64,000 nucleotides of DNA, from contig NC_091999.1 in the NCBI RefSeq assembly GCF_044704955.1, positions 50,158,001 to 50,222,000 on the forward strand, read 5' to 3'. This DNA is from Pristiophorus japonicus (Eukaryota). A program made the translations under genes and the position numbers. Of this stretch, positions 25,575 to 39,315 are shown piece after piece; within the stretch, counting starts at the first letter, position 1, and each line of letters begins with the position of its first letter. Under the pieces are notes generated by a model. The model saw nothing but the letters and a program-made list of their open reading frames with translations. It made no database searches and had not been told where the DNA came from.

Positions 25575-27980
25575 CCAATTCATATAATGCATACGGGACT
25601 GTTTCTTAGAACAGTATGTAACAGAGCCTAAAAGGGAGCAAGCCATCTTGAATCTGGTCCTGTGTAATGAGACAGGAAAAATAAACGATCTCCTCGTAAA
25701 AGATCCTCTCGGAATGAATGATCACGATAAGGTTGAATTTGTAATACAGATTAAGGATGAGGAAGTTGTATCAGAAACGAGGGTACGATGCTTAAACAAA
25801 GGGGACTACAGTGGGATGAGGGCAGAGTTGGCTAAAGTAGACTGGAAACAAGGACTAAACAGTGGCACAATTGAGGAACAGTGGAGGACATTTAAGTAGC
25901 TCTTTCATAGTGCGCAAAAAAAATATATTCCAGTGAAAAAGAGGGGAGGCAAAAGAAGTGATAACCATCCATGGATAACCAAGGAAATAAAGGAGAGTAT
26001 CAAATTAAAAACCAATCCGTATAAGGTGGCCAAGGTTAGTGGGAAACTACAAGATTGGGAAAATTTTAAACGACAGCAAAGAATGACTAAGAAAGCAATA
26101 AAGAAAGGAAAGATAGATTACGAAAGTAACTGGCGCAAAATATAAAAACAGATAGTAAAAGCTTTTACCGATATATAAAACGGAAGAGAGTGACTAAAGT
26201 AAATGTTGGTCGCTCAGAAGATGAGAAGGGAGATTTAATAAGGGGAAATGTGGAAATGGCTGAGACATTAAACAATTATTTTGTTTCCGCCTTCACAGTG
26301 GAAGACACAAAAACAAAGCCAAAATTTGCAGGCCACAGGAATGTGGGAAGGGAGGATCTAGAGACAATCACTATCACTAGGGGAGTAGTGCTGGACAGGC
26401 TAATGGGACTGACGGTAGACAAGTCCCCTGGTACTGATGAAATACATCCCAGTGTACTAAAAGAGATGGCTGAAGTTATAGCAGATGCATTCATTATAAT
26501 CTACCAAGATTCTCTGGACTCTGGGGAGGTACCAGCGGATTGGAAAGCAGCTAATGTAACGCCTCTGTTTAAAAAACGGGGCAGGCAAAAGGCAGGTAAC
26601 TAAAGGCCGGTTAGTTTAACATCTGTAGTGGGGAAAATGCTTGAAACTATCATTAAGGAAGAAATAGCGGGACATCTAGTTAAGAATAGTGCAATCAAGC
26701 AGACGCAGCATGGATTCATGAAGGGGAAATCATGTTTAACTAAATTACTTGAATTCTTTGAGGATATAATGAGCATGGTGGATAGAGGTGTACCGATGGA
26801 TGTGGTGTATTTAGATTTCCAAATGGCATTCGATAAGGTGCTTCACAAAAGGTTACTACAGAAGATAAAGGTACGCGGAGTCAGAGGAAATATATTAGCA
26901 TGGATAGAGAATTGGCTGGCGAACTGAAAGCAGAGAGTCAGGATAAATGGGTCCTTTTCGGGTTGGAAATCAGTGGTTAGTGGTGTGCCACAGGGATTAG
27001 TGCTGGGACCATAACTGTTTACAATATACATAGATGACCTAGAAGAGGGGACAGAGTGTAGTGCAACAAAATTTGCAGATGACACTAAGGTTAGTGGGAA
27101 AGCGGGGTGTGTAGAGGACTCAGAGAGACTGCAAGGAGATTTGGATAGGTTAAGCGATTGCGCTAAGGTTTGGGAGATGGAATACAATGTCGGAAAGTGT
27201 GAGGTCATCCACTTTGGGAAAAAAAACAATAAAAGGGAATATTATTTGAATGGGAAGAAATTACAACATGCTGTGGAGCAAAGGGACCTGGGGGTCCTTG
27301 TGCATGCATTCCAAAAGCGAATGGAATATTGGCCTTCATTGCGAAAGGGATGGAGTACAAAAGCAGGGAGGTCTTGCTGCAACTGTATAAGGTATTGGTA
27401 AGGCCGCACCTGAGTACTGCGTGCAGTTTTGGTCACCTTACTTAAGGAAGGATATACTAGCTTTGGACGGGGTACAGACACGATTCACTAGGCTGATTCC
27501 AGAAAAGAGGGGGTTACCTTATGATGATAGATTGAGTCGACTGGGTCCTTACTCCTTGGAGTACAGACGGATGAGGGGTGATCTTATAGAAACATTTAAA
27601 ATCATGAAAGGGATAGACAATATAGAGGCAGAGAGATTGTTTCCACTGGTCGGGGTGACTAGAACTAGGGGGCACAGCCTCAAAATACGGAGGAGTCAAT
27701 TTAAAACCGAGTTGAGAAAAAATTTCTACTCCCAGAGGTTTGTGTATCTGTGGAATTCTCTGCCAAGGAAGCAGTTGAGGCTCGCTCATTGAATGTTTTC
27801 AAGTAAAAGATAGATAGATTTTTAATCAATAAGGGAATTAAGGATTACGGTGAGAGGGCGGGTAAGTGGAGCTGAGTTCACGACCAGATCAGCCATGATC
27901 TTATTGAATGGCGGGGCAGGCTCGAGGGGCTAGATGGCCTACTCCTGTTCCTAACTCTTATGTTCTTATGTTTTTATGTT
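25575..27980 (+). mobile_element. CR1, 5'-truncated ORF2 to 3' tail, inserted in the first array unit
   Basis: QHGFMKGKSCL, YLDFQMAFDKV, KFADDTK; (TTCTTATG)-type tail at ~27955-27980. Confidence 0.93.
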
Positions 27981-28032
27981 CAAAGGGGGAGACAGATAGA
28001 GAGAAAGACAGATATAGAGAGAGATAGAGACA

Positions 28033-30000
28033 ATAATTCGGTTCTGTCTTTACAAAGGAAGATACAAAAAACCTTCAAAATGTACTAGGGGCCTGTGAGT
28101 CTAGTGAGAATGAGGAACTGAATGATATCCTTATTGGCGGGAAATTGTGTTCGGGAAATTGATGGGAATAAAGGCCGATAAATCCCTGGGTCCTGATAGT
28201 CTGCATCCCAGAGTACTTAAGGAAGTGGCCCTAGAAATAGTGGATGCATTGGTGATCATTTTCCAACAATCTATCGACTCTGTATCAATTCCTATTGACT
28301 GGAGGGTAGCTAATGTGATGGCACTTTTTTTTTAAAAGGAGGGAGAGAGAAAGCGGGTAATTATAGACCAGTTAGCCTGACATCAGTAGTGGGGAAAATG
28401 TTGGAATCAATCATTAAGGATGATATAGCAGCCCATTTGGAAAGCACTGACAGGATCGGACCGAGTCAGCATAGATTTATGAAAGGGAAATCATGCTTGA
28501 CGAATTTTCTGGAATTTTTTGAGGATGTAACTAGTAGAGTGGACAAGAGAGAACCAGTCGATGTGGTGTATTGGGATTTCAATAGGCTTTTGACAAGGTC
28601 CCGCACAAGAGATTGGTGCACAAAATCCAAGCGCATGATATTGGAATTAATGTACTGACCTGGATAGAGAACTGGTTGGCAGACAGGAAGCAGAGAATCT
28701 GGATAAACAGGTCATTTTCAGAAATGCTGGCAGTTACTAGTGAGGTGCCGCAGGGCTCAGTGCTGGGACCCCAACTCTTTACAATATACATTAACGATTT
28801 GGTTGAAGGAATAGAGTGTAATATCTCCAAGTTTGTGGATGACACTAAACTGGGTGGTGGTCCGAGCTGTGAGGAGGATGCTAAGAGGCTGCAGGGTGAC
28901 TTGGACACGTTAGGTGAGTGGGCAAATATATGGCAGATGCAGTATAATGTGGATAAATGTGAGATTATCCATTTTGGGGGCAAAAACACGAAGGCAGAAT
29001 ATTATCTGAATGGCGGCAGACTAGAAAAAGGGGAGGTGCAACGAGACCTGGGTGTCATGGTTCATCAGTCACTGAAAGTGGGCACGCAGGTACAGAAGGT
29101 GGTAAAGAATGCAAATGGAAAGCTGGCCTTCATAGCTAGGGGATTTGAATAAAGGAGCAGGGAGACCTTACTGCAGTTGTACAAGGCCTTAGTGAGGCCA
29201 GACCTGGTATATTGTATTCAGTTTTGGTCTCATAGTCTGAGGAAGGACGTTCTTGCTATTGAGGGAGTGCAGCAAACCAGTTGCCAAACAGTTCTCTATT
29301 CACGTCAGTACATTAATCCCAATACCATGCACTTGGACTTTGTACACCAATCTCTTGTGCGGTACCTTGTCAAAAGCCTATTGAAAGTCCAAATACACCA
29401 CATCCACTGGTTCTCCCTTGTCCACTCTACTCGTTACATCCTCAAAAAATTCCAGAAGATTCATCAAGCATGATTTCCCTTTCATAAATTCATGCTGACT
29501 CGGTCCGATATTGTCAACAGACTGATTCCAGGGATGGCAGGACTGTCATATGAGGAGAGATTCGATCAACTGTGCCTTTATTCACTGGCGTTTAGAATGA
29601 TGAGAGGGGATCTCATAGAAATATATAAGATTTTGACGGGCCTGTACAGGTTAGATGCGGGAAGAAAGTTCTCGATGTTCGGGAAGTCCAGAACTAGGGG
29701 ACATAGTCTTAGGATAAGGGGTAGGCCATTTGGCACTGAGATGAGGAGAAACTTCTTCACTAAGAGAGTTGTTGACCTGTGGAATTCCCTGCCGCAGAGA
29801 GTTGTTGATGCCAGTTCATTGGTTATATTCAAGAGGGAGTTAGATATGGCCCTTACGGATAAGGGGTGAAGGGGTATGGAGAGAAAGCAGGAAAGGGGAA
29901 CTGAAGGAATGGTCAGCCATGAACATAGTGAATGGCGGCGCAGGCTCGAGGGGCCTAATGGCCTAATTCTGCAGCTATTTTCTATGTTTCTATGTTTCTA
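28033..30000 (+). mobile_element. CR1, 5'-truncated, with an internal inverted segment
   Basis: VPQGSVLGPQLF, KFVDDTK, RRNFFTKRVVDLWNSLP; (TTTCTATG)n tail at ~29980-30000. Confidence 0.93.
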
Positions 30001-30417
30001 AAACTGAAAATGATGAAAATACTCATCAGGTTAGAGACAGGGACAAAGTGAGACAGGCAAAGACATGGGCAGAGATGATGGGAAAGAGAGAGACAGTCAG
30101 ACATAGAATCTGAGAGAATCCTATTGGAACAGACGTGGGCACCGTGAGAAAGAGACAGATTGAGAGACAGAGACAAACAGAAAAACAGGCACAAACAGAG
30201 TGAGTCAGGGAGAGGCAGACTCAGACTCAAGCACACAAACACATGCACAGTTCTCTAAAGACAGAAAGGCAGAGACTGAGATACACAGATACATTTCACA
30301 ATTTCATTTCATTTTCGGCTCAGAATGTCACAGAGCAACAGAAAATTGTTGATTCTGCAGATGAAACTCAGGTATCACTGATCAGCATGGGGCAAAATCA
30401 GTGATAAATTAAAGAGA

Positions 30418-30499
30418 TTCGAGGAGTGGGGACCGAACTCGCGTGGGAAAATCCCATTGAATTTTAAGGCCAACGCCTTAACCACTCGGCCACCCTGGT
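30418..30499 (-). pseudogene. tRNA-Leu(TAA) pseudogene
   Basis: Leu body with anticodon stem TTGGC/TTCAA and a damaged T arm. Confidence 0.85.
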
Positions 30500-31252
30500 C
30501 CTTCCAGTGTTTCGATTCTGTCTCTGTGAGAATCTGGGCTTCAACTCCACCCCACAGACACACAAACACACCGGGTTTCAGTGAGCATTTAGGAACATTT
30601 TTCGTAATATTGACACGGGGGCAACTCTCCTATTCTTTTTCGAGTAATGCTGTGATCCACCCGAGGGTGCAGACGGAGCTTTAATTTAAAATATCTTCCG
30701 AAAGTCAACAGCTTCAACATTGCAAAATTCCCCAAGTACTGCACTTAAGTGTCTGCCAAGATTATCTGCTCTAGTCTCAGGAGTGGGACTGAAACACACA
30801 AACTCCTGATTCAGTCGAGAATACCGCCACTCAACCAAAGCCGATATCAAAGTTCACAACCCTATTATTTTCATCAAATCTTTTTAAGAAGTTCCATGAC
30901 ATACCAAATTCATGGTGATGATTTATACAGACAGTTGCACATACACAGATATATATATATATATACAGATAGACAGACACAGACACACACACACATAAGC
31001 AAAAATATACTCGCAACAACGGACAAGGACAGATGTCTTAGACATCGAGAGGGATAGCCAGGCTGAATCACTGTCGCAACTTTGGCTGATTTTTGCGTTT
31101 TTCTACACGAAAGTATCGTGAATATTGCAGTTTAATAAAATGATTTAAAAAATGACAGTTTTGAAAGGTGTGGGACGTTATTCCATCTATCTCAGGATGA
31201 GTTTTGCAGAGACCTGGTTAAATTGTGAAATGGAATGAAAAATGCTGAGAAT

Positions 31253-31334
31253 CGTAGTCGGCAGGTTTCGACCTTCAGCGGAAAAATACGATGGATTTTC
31301 GAGTTTATCGCTGTAACCTCTTGGTCACGACTAC
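31253..31334 (-). pseudogene. tRNA-Ser pseudogene (CGA-like anticodon)
   Basis: GTAGTCGTG...CTGCCGACTACG ends intact, interior degraded. Confidence 0.82.
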
Positions 31335-31523
31335 TGACTCATTAGTTCTTTAAATGTTACTCAGATAAAACTCAATCATCCACCTCTCTGCAGCAGATGA
31401 CACAGAATTCTGAAAAAATCTCCTCTTCCTATATTTTTACTATTCTGCATTGCACTGGAACTTTTTAATATGAATCTATACCAAGAAACAGAAGTAAAAT
31501 CCTACATTTTGAAAAAGCTTCCT

Positions 31524-31592
31524 GTCCGTTGGAGAATTGAAACCCTGTCTTCTGCATAACAGGCCGGGATACTAAGCACTATACCAACGAAT
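31524..31592 (-). pseudogene. tRNA-Asp-derived pseudogene (anticodon GTT)
   Basis: TTCGTTGGTATAGTGCTTAGTATCCCGGCCTGTTATGC... Confidence 0.75.
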
Positions 31593-32336
31593 GTGGGTTT
31601 AGTCAAAGCAGGTATCGAACTGTGAAGAGAACTGGACTCCATGAGAAGTAGCGAGACACATTGAGAGACAGAGACAAACCGACAAACAGGGAGAGACAGA
31701 CAACGAGATAGAGAGAACGAGAGACAGAAAGTGTGAGACTCAGAAGAAGAGGCAGACGCAGTGAGAAAAAATCTCAAACACATACATATACAGAGATATG
31801 TGTGTGCTCTATAAAGAGAGAGAGGGAAAGAGTGAGACAAAGACAGTGTTAATGACAGTGACAAGGACAGAGACAGATAGAGAGAGAGCGACAGATATAG
31901 AGAGAGACAAAGATATAAACAGACAATGATGGAAATACTCAGCAGGTTAGAGACAGGAACTAACAGCCTCAGGCAAAGAGATACAGACAGGCAGAGGCAT
32001 AGACAGACAGAGATGATGGAATAGAGAGAGACAGTCAGACAGAGAGATTGAGAGAATCCCATTCGAACAGAACTGGACACCGTGAGAAAGAGACAGACAT
32101 ATTGAGAGACAGAGACAAACAGGGAAACAGGGAGAGACAGACAGCGAGATAGAGACAGAGATAGACAGAAAGTTTTAGACTGAGAGGGAGGGTCAGACTG
32201 ATTGAGACAAAGAATCAAATACTTACATACACAGAGATGTGTTTGCGTGCTCCATAAAGAGAGGGAGGCAAATAGTGATGGAATGACAAGAAAAAGACAG
32301 AGACAAAGAGGGAGACAGATATAGAGAAAGACAGAT

Positions 32337-32368
<32 letters not shown>

Positions 32369-32697
32369 GCATAGAAATAAAAACAGAAAATGATAGAATG
32401 ACTCATCAGGTGAGAGACAGTGACCAACACAGACAGGTAAAGAGAGAGACGGTCAGACAGAGAGTCTGAGAGAATCCCTTTGGAACAGAATTGGACACAG
32501 TGAGAACGAGACAGAGGCAGACTTCGAGCGACAAAGACTCAAACACATACACAGCTTTCGAAAGAGAGAGGTGGAGACTGAGCGACGCAGATACATTTCA
32601 TTATCTGCTCAGAGTGTCACCGAAACATGCACATGCAACAGAGGTAAATCGGGTATCATGAGCAGCCTGGGAAATAATCTCTGTTTAATTAAACAAT

Positions 32698-32780
32698 TAC
32701 CAGTTGTGGGGTTCGAACCCGGGCAGTTATAAATCCATTGGATTTTAAGTCCAACACCTTAACCACTCGGCCATCCTGGG
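32698..32780 (-). pseudogene. tRNA-Leu(TAA), probable pseudogene
   Basis: Anticodon arm TTGGA CTTAAAA TCCAA intact; acceptor and T stems mismatched. Confidence 0.82.
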
Positions 32781-33285
32781 CCTGGCAGAAACGGGCTTTG
32801 TCTCTGTCAGAATTTGGGCTTCAACTCCACCCCCATAGACAGAGGGTGTAAGGGAGCATTTTCGAACATTTTTCGTGATACTGACACGGGGCAACTCTCC
32901 TATTCTTTTTCGAGTAATGCTCTGGACCTTTCACAGCCATCCGAGAGTGCAGGCGGAGCTTCAATTTTACATTTCATCCGATGGTCAACAGCTTCAACAA
33001 TGCAAAATTCCCTAAGTACTGCATTTGACTGTCAGCCAAGATGATGCGCTCAAGTCTCAGGAGAGGGACTTACACACACGACCTTTTGAATGGAGCCACT
33101 GAAACAAAGCCGATACCAAAGATCACAACCGTATTATTTTCCCCAAGTTTTTATAAATGTTCCAGGACATACCAAATTCTTGGTGATGATTTCCATAGAG
33201 CGTTGCACATACACAGAGACATAGATACAGATAGAAATACACAGACACACACACACATAAAATAACCAAAAATATACACGCATTA

Positions 33286-33992
33286 ACATAGAATCATAGA
33301 AACATATAAATTAGTTGCAGGAGTAAGCCGTTGGCCCTTCGAGCCTGCACCACCATTCAATAAGATCATAGCTGATCTTTCAACCTCAGTACCTATATCC
33401 TCCTTTCTCTCCATATCCCTTGATCCCTTGAGCCGTAAGGGCCATATCTGACTCACTCTTCAATATAGCTAACGAACTGGCTTCAACAACTTTCTGCGGT
33501 AGAGAATTCCACAGGTTAACCACTCTCTGAATGAAGCTGTTTCTCCTCATCTTGGTTCTAAATGGCTTACCGCTTATTCTTAGACTGTGACCCCTGGTTC
33601 TCGAACTCCCCAGCAACAGCAACATTCTTCCGGCCTCTCACTTGTCCAATCTCGTCAGAATTTTATATGTTTCTATGAGATCCCCTCTCATTCTTCTAAA
33701 CTCCAGTGGATACCAGCAGAGTTGATCCAGTCTATCCTAATATGTCAGTCCTGCCATCCCTGGAATCAAGCTGGTGAACATTCGCTGCGCTCCATTAATA
33801 GCAAGGACGTCCTTCCTCAGATTTGGAGACCAAAACTAACAAAATATTTAACGTGTACAACTGCAGGAAGACTTCCCTGCTCCTATATTCAAATCCCCTA
33901 GCTATGAAGGCGAACATGCCATTTGCCTTCTTCACCGCCTGTTGTACTTGCATGCCCACTTTCAATGACAGATGTAGCATGACACCCAGATC
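33286..33992 (-). mobile_element. CR1 3' fragment co-amplified with the array (copy 1 of 3)
   Basis: Same ~700-bp piece and same junction (CACCCAGATCAAGATATAC) as at 36627 and 39918. Confidence 0.9.
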
Positions 33993-34517
33993 AAGATATA
34001 CACAGAGTGCCTTAGACAAATAGACGGATAGACAGGCAGGGTCCCTGTCGCTACTTTGGCTGGCCTTTGCGTTTTTCCGTCGAGAATGCTGCCACTGAAC
34101 CAGAGCCGAAACAAAAGTTCACAAACGTATTATTTTCTCCAAGTCTTTTGAACAAGTTTCAGGACATACCAAATTCATGGTGATGATTTCCACAGATAGT
34201 TGCACATACACAGATACATATATACAGATAGACAGACACAGACACAAACACACACACACACACACATAACCAAAAATATACATGCACCAACTGACATGCA
34301 CAGATGCCTTAGACATATCGAAGGATAGACAGGCTGAGTCACTACATTGGGTGATATTTGCATTTTTCTATCCGTATGTATCGTGAATATTGCAGACTAA
34401 TAGAAATGTGAAAAAAATTTCAGTGTTGAAAGGTGTGGGACGTTATTCCATCTATCTCCGGATCATTTTTGCCAAAACCTGGTTAAAATGTAAAATGGAA
34501 TGAAAAATGCTGAGAAT

Positions 34518-34599
34518 CGTAGTCGGCAGGATTCTAACCTACGCGCAGAAAACCCAAAGTATTTCTAATCCATCGCTTTAACCACTCGGCCACAATTAC
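34518..34599 (-). pseudogene. tRNA-Ser(AGA) pseudogene
   Basis: Ser body; T loop TTAGAAT; acceptor stem mutated. Confidence 0.82.
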
Positions 34600-34816
34600 T
34601 GCGTCTCTGGCACTTTAAATGTTACTCAGAAAAAACTCAGTCGTCCATCTCTGTGCAGCAGACGGCCACAGAATCCTGAAAAAGTCTCCGTTTGCAAAAA
34701 ATCTGAAGAGGCAATCTCCTCTTGCTGTATTTTTACTGTTCTATATTGCTCTGGATCTTTTTAATAAAATCTATACCAAGAAACAGAAGTAAAATTCGAC
34801 ATTTTGAAAAAACTGC

Positions 34817-34888
34817 TGCGCCGTCGGGAAATGGAACCCGGTTCTCCCGTATAACAAGCGGGGAAAATCACCACAACACGGACGAGGA
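34817..34888 (-). pseudogene. tRNA-Asp-derived pseudogene (anticodon GTT)
   Basis: TCCTCGTCCGTGTTGTGGTG...CCCCGCTTGTTATACGGGAG... Confidence 0.78.
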
Positions 34889-36027
34889 TATGGGTTGCGT
34901 TAGAGCAGTAATCGAGCTGTCAACAGAAGTCGACAGACACATTGATCGACAGAGACAAACCGGCAAACAGAGATCGACAGACAGCGAGAGAGAGAGACAA
35001 CGCGAGACAGAAAGGGTGAGACTGAAAAGTGAGGCAGACTCAGTGAGAAAAAGACTCAAACACCTACATATACAGAGATGTGTGTGTGATCTATAAAGAG
35101 AGAGAGGGAAAGAGTGAGAGAAAGACAGTGACAAGGAGAGAGACAGATAGAGAGAGAGCGACAGATAGAGAGAGAGACAGATATAAACAGAAAATGATGG
35201 AAATACTCAGCAGGTTAGAGGTAGCAACGACCAGCGACAGGCAAAGAGAGACAGATAGGCAGAAACATAGACAGAGAGAGATGATGGGAAAGAGTGAGAC
35301 AGTCAGACAGAGAGACTGAGTGAATCCCTTTCGAACAGAACTGGACACCGTGAGAAAGAGACAGACAGATTCAGAACCAGAGACAAACAGGGAAACAGGG
35401 AGAGACAGACAGCGAGATAGAGACAAAGAGAGACAGAAAGTTTGAGACTGAAAGGGAGGATCAGACTGAATGAGTAAAAGACTCAAACACATACATACAC
35501 AGAGATGTATTTGCGTGCTCCAAAAAGAGAGGGGGGGGCAAATATTGATGGAATGACAGAGAAAATGACAGGGACAATGAGAGTGAAAAAGAGGGCGACA
35601 GATAGAGAGAAAGACAGATAGAGAGAGAGAGACATAGAGACAAACACAGAAAATAATGGAAATACTTATCAGGTTAGAGACAGGGACTAACAGAGACAGG
35701 CAAAGACATGGACAGACAGAGATAATGGGACACAGAGAGACAGTCAGACAGAGAGTCTGAGAGAATCCCATTGCAACAGTACTAGATACCATGAGAAAGA
35801 GACAGATTGAGAGACAGCGATAGACAGAGTGGGTCAGAGAGAGACAAAGACTCAAACACACAAACACATGCACAGCTCTCGAAAGAGAGAGAGCGGCAGA
35901 GACATTTCACAATTTAATTTCATTATCTGCTCAGAGTGTCACATAGTTACAGAAAACTAGAGATTCAGCAGATGAAAATTGGGAATCACTGAGCAGGATG
36001 AGAAAAATATCTGTTTAATTAAGGAAT

Positions 36028-36110
36028 TACCAGGAGTGGGGTTCGAACCCACGCGGGTATAAACCCATTAGATCTTAAGTCTAACGCCTTTACCACTCGG
36101 CCATCCTGGT
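36028..36110 (-). tRNA. TRNAL-UAA: tRNA-Leu(TAA), structurally intact
   Basis: ACCAGGATGGCCGAGTGGTAAAGGCGTTAGACTTAAGATCTAATGGGTTTATACCCGCGTGGGTTCGAACCCCACTCCTGGTA: acceptor ACCAGGA/TCCTGGT, anticodon stem TTAGA/TCTAA, variable arm GGGT/ACCC, T arm GTGGG/CCCAC, A discriminator, T5 run ~20 nt downstream. Confidence 0.92.
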
Positions 36111-36626
36111 CCTGATCCTGTCATGGGTTGGACTCAGCCTCTGTGAGAATCTGGGATTCAGCTCCAGACATATCGGATTTCAGGGAGCATTTACAAACAT
36201 TTTTCGTTACATTGACACGGGCGCAACTCTCCTATTATATTTCGACTAAGGCTCTGGGAACTTGCACATCTACCCGAGGGTGCAGATGGAGCATCAATTG
36301 AAAATTTCAGCCGATGGTCAACAGCTTCAACAATGCAACATTGCCCAAGTACTGAATTTGAGTGTCAGCCAAGATTATGGGTTCAAGTCTCAGGAGTGGG
36401 ACTTACACACACAACCTCCTGATTCAGTCGAGAGTGGAACCACTGAACCAAAACCGATACCAACGTTCACAACTGTATTATTTTCCCCAAGTTTTTTAAA
36501 AAGTTCCGGGACGTACCAAATTCATGGTGATGATTTCCACAGACAGTTGCATATACACAGAGACATACATACAGATAGACATGCACAGACACACGCACAC
36601 ACAATAACCAAAAATATACACGCTTC

Positions 36627-37345
36627 AACATAGAAACATAGAAATTAGGTGCAGGAATATGCCATTCGGCCCTTCGAGCCTGCATTACCATTCAATAACA
36701 TCATGGCTGATCATTCAACCTCAGTACCCCTTTCCTGCTTCCTCTCTATACCCCTTCATCCCTTTAGCCGTAAGGGCAATACCTAACTCTCTTTTGAATA
36801 TATCTAATGAACTGGCCTCAACGACTTTCTGCAGTGAAAAATTTCAGAGGTTATCCACTCTCTCACTGAAGACGTTTCTCTTCATCTCGGTTTCTAAATG
36901 GCTTACCCCTTACTCTTAGACTGTGATCCTTGGTCTCGAACTCCCCAGCACCGAGAACATTCTTCCAGCCTCTAAGCTGTCCAATCTCGTCATAATTTTT
37001 CATGTTTCTTCTGATCTCCTCTCATTCTGCTAAACTCCAGTGGATACCAGCCCAGTTCATCCAGTCTCTCCTCATATGTCAGTCCTGCCATCCCGGGAAT
37101 CATGCTGGTGAACTTACGCTGTACTCCCTCAATAACAAGGACGTCCTTCCTCAGATTCGGAGACCAAAACTGAACACAGTATTCCAGTTGTGGCCTCACG
37201 GAGGCCCTGTACAAATGCAGTAAGATCTCCCTGCTCCTATACTCAAATCCCCTAGCTATGAAGGGGAACATGCCATTTGCCTTCTTCACCATCTGCTGCA
37301 CCTGCATACCAACAATCAATGACTGATGTACCATGGCACCCAGAT
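36627..37345 (-). mobile_element. CR1 3' fragment co-amplified with the array (copy 2 of 3)
   Basis: [19 protein letters not shown]; shared junctions. Confidence 0.9.
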
Positions 37346-37865
37346 CAAGATATACAAAGATTGCCTTAGACAAGTAGATGGATAGACAGGCAGGGTCACT
37401 GTCGCAACTTTGGCTGTCTTTTGCGTTTTTCAGTCGAGGATACTGCCACTGAACCAAAGCCGATACCAAGGTTCACAACCGTATTATTTTCCCCAAGTCT
37501 TTTTAAAAATGTTGAGCACATACCAAATTCATGGTGATGATTTCCACAGACAGTTGCACATACACAGAGACATATATACAGATAGAAAGACTCAGAGACA
37601 CACACACCCACACACATAACCAAAAATATACATGCACCAACAGACATGATTTTGACATATAGACGGATAGACAGACTAAATCACTGTCGCTACTTTGGCT
37701 AATTTTTGCGTTTTTCTATCCGTATGAATCATGAATATTGCAGATGAATAAAAATGAGAAATAGATGTCAGTGTTGAAATGTGTGGGACGCTATTCTGCC
37801 GATCTCAGGATCCGTTTTGCAAAAACCTGGTTAAATTGTAAAATGGAATGAAAAATGCTGTGAAT

Positions 37866-37947
37866 TGTAGTCGGCAGGATTCGAAACTACACGCAGAAAA
37901 CCGAAAGGATTTCTGGACCATCGCTTTAACCACTCGGCAACAACTAC
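37866..37947 (-). pseudogene. tRNA-Ser(AGA) pseudogene
   Basis: GTAGTTGTTGCCGAGTGGTTAAAGCGATGG...TTCGAATCCTGCCGACTAC with stem mismatches. Confidence 0.82.
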
Positions 37948-38150
37948 TGCTTCTCTGGCCCTTTAAATGTTACTCAGAATAAACTCTGCAACAGACGGCC
38001 ACAGAATCCTGAAAAAGTCTCCGTTTGCAAAAGATCTGTAAGAGGCAATCTCCTCTTGCTGTATTTTTACTGTTCTATATTGCTGTGGAACTTTTTAATA
38101 AAATCTATACCAAGAAACAGAAGTAAAATTCGACATTTAGAAAAAGCTGC

Positions 38151-38222
38151 TTTTCCGTCGGGGAATTGAACCTGGTTCTCCCGCGGAAAAGGGGGGCATA
38201 ATCGGCACGACACGGACGAGAG
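38151..38222 (-). pseudogene. tRNA-Asp-derived pseudogene
   Basis: 3' half GCGGGAGAACCAGGTTCAATTCCCCGACGG recognisable, 5' half degraded. Confidence 0.72.
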
Positions 38223-39315
38223 AACGGGTTGCATCCGAGCAGTAATCGAGCTGTGAACCGAAGTCGACAGAAACATTGATCGACAGAGACAAACCGATAA
38301 ACAGGGATAGGCAGACAGCGAGAGAGAGACAACGAGAGACAGAAAGCGTGAGACTGAAAAGTCAGTCAGAGTCAGCGAGAAAAAGACTCAAACACCTAAA
38401 TATAACGAGAGATGCGTGTGTGTGATCTATAAAAAGAGAGAGGGAAAGAGTGAGAGAAAGACAGTGATAAAGACAGTGACAAGGTGAGAGACAGATAGAG
38501 AGAGAGCGACAGATAGAGAGAGAGACAAAGATATAAACAGAAAATGATGGAAATACTCAGCAGGTTAGAGACAGGAACTACCACTGGACACGGTGAGAAA
38601 GAGACAGACACATTGAGAACCAGAGACAAACAGGGAAACAGGGAGAGACAGACAGTGAGATAGAGACAAAGAGAGAGATAAACATTGAGTCTGAAAGGGA
38701 GGACCAGACTGAATGAAAAAAGACTCAAACACATACATACACAGAGATGCATTTGTGTGCTCCTTAAAGAGAGGGAGGCAAATAACGATGGAATGACAGA
38801 GAAAAGGACAGGGACAAAGAGAGAGACAAAGAGGGAGACAAATAGAGAGAAAGACAGATAGAGAGAGAGATTATCAGAGACAAAAACAGAAAATAATGGA
38901 AATACTTATCAGGTTAGAGTCAGGGACTAACAGAGACAGGCAAAGACATGGACAGACAGAGATAATGGGACAGAAAGAGACAGTCAGACAGAGAGTCTGA
39001 GAGAATCCCTTTGCAACAGAACGAGACACCGTGAGTAAGAGACAGATTGAGAGACAGAGACAAACAGAGAAACAGGGACAGACAGAGTGTGTCAGAGAGA
39101 GGCAGACTGAGAGAGACAAAGACTCAAACACACAAACACAAACACAGCTCTCTAAAGAGAGAGAGCGGCAGAGACCGAGCGACACAGATACATTTCACAA
39201 TTTCATTTCATTATAGACTCAGAGTGTCATATCGTTACAGAAAATTGGAGAGTCAGCATTTGAGAATCGTGTATCACTGAGCAGGATGGGAAAAATCTAC
39301 TTTTAATTAAGGAAT

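Noticed and set aside
31502-35873. Long Leu/Ser/Cys-rich ORFs (238 and 260 aa)
   Set aside because: Translations of AG/AC low-complexity blocks in the array
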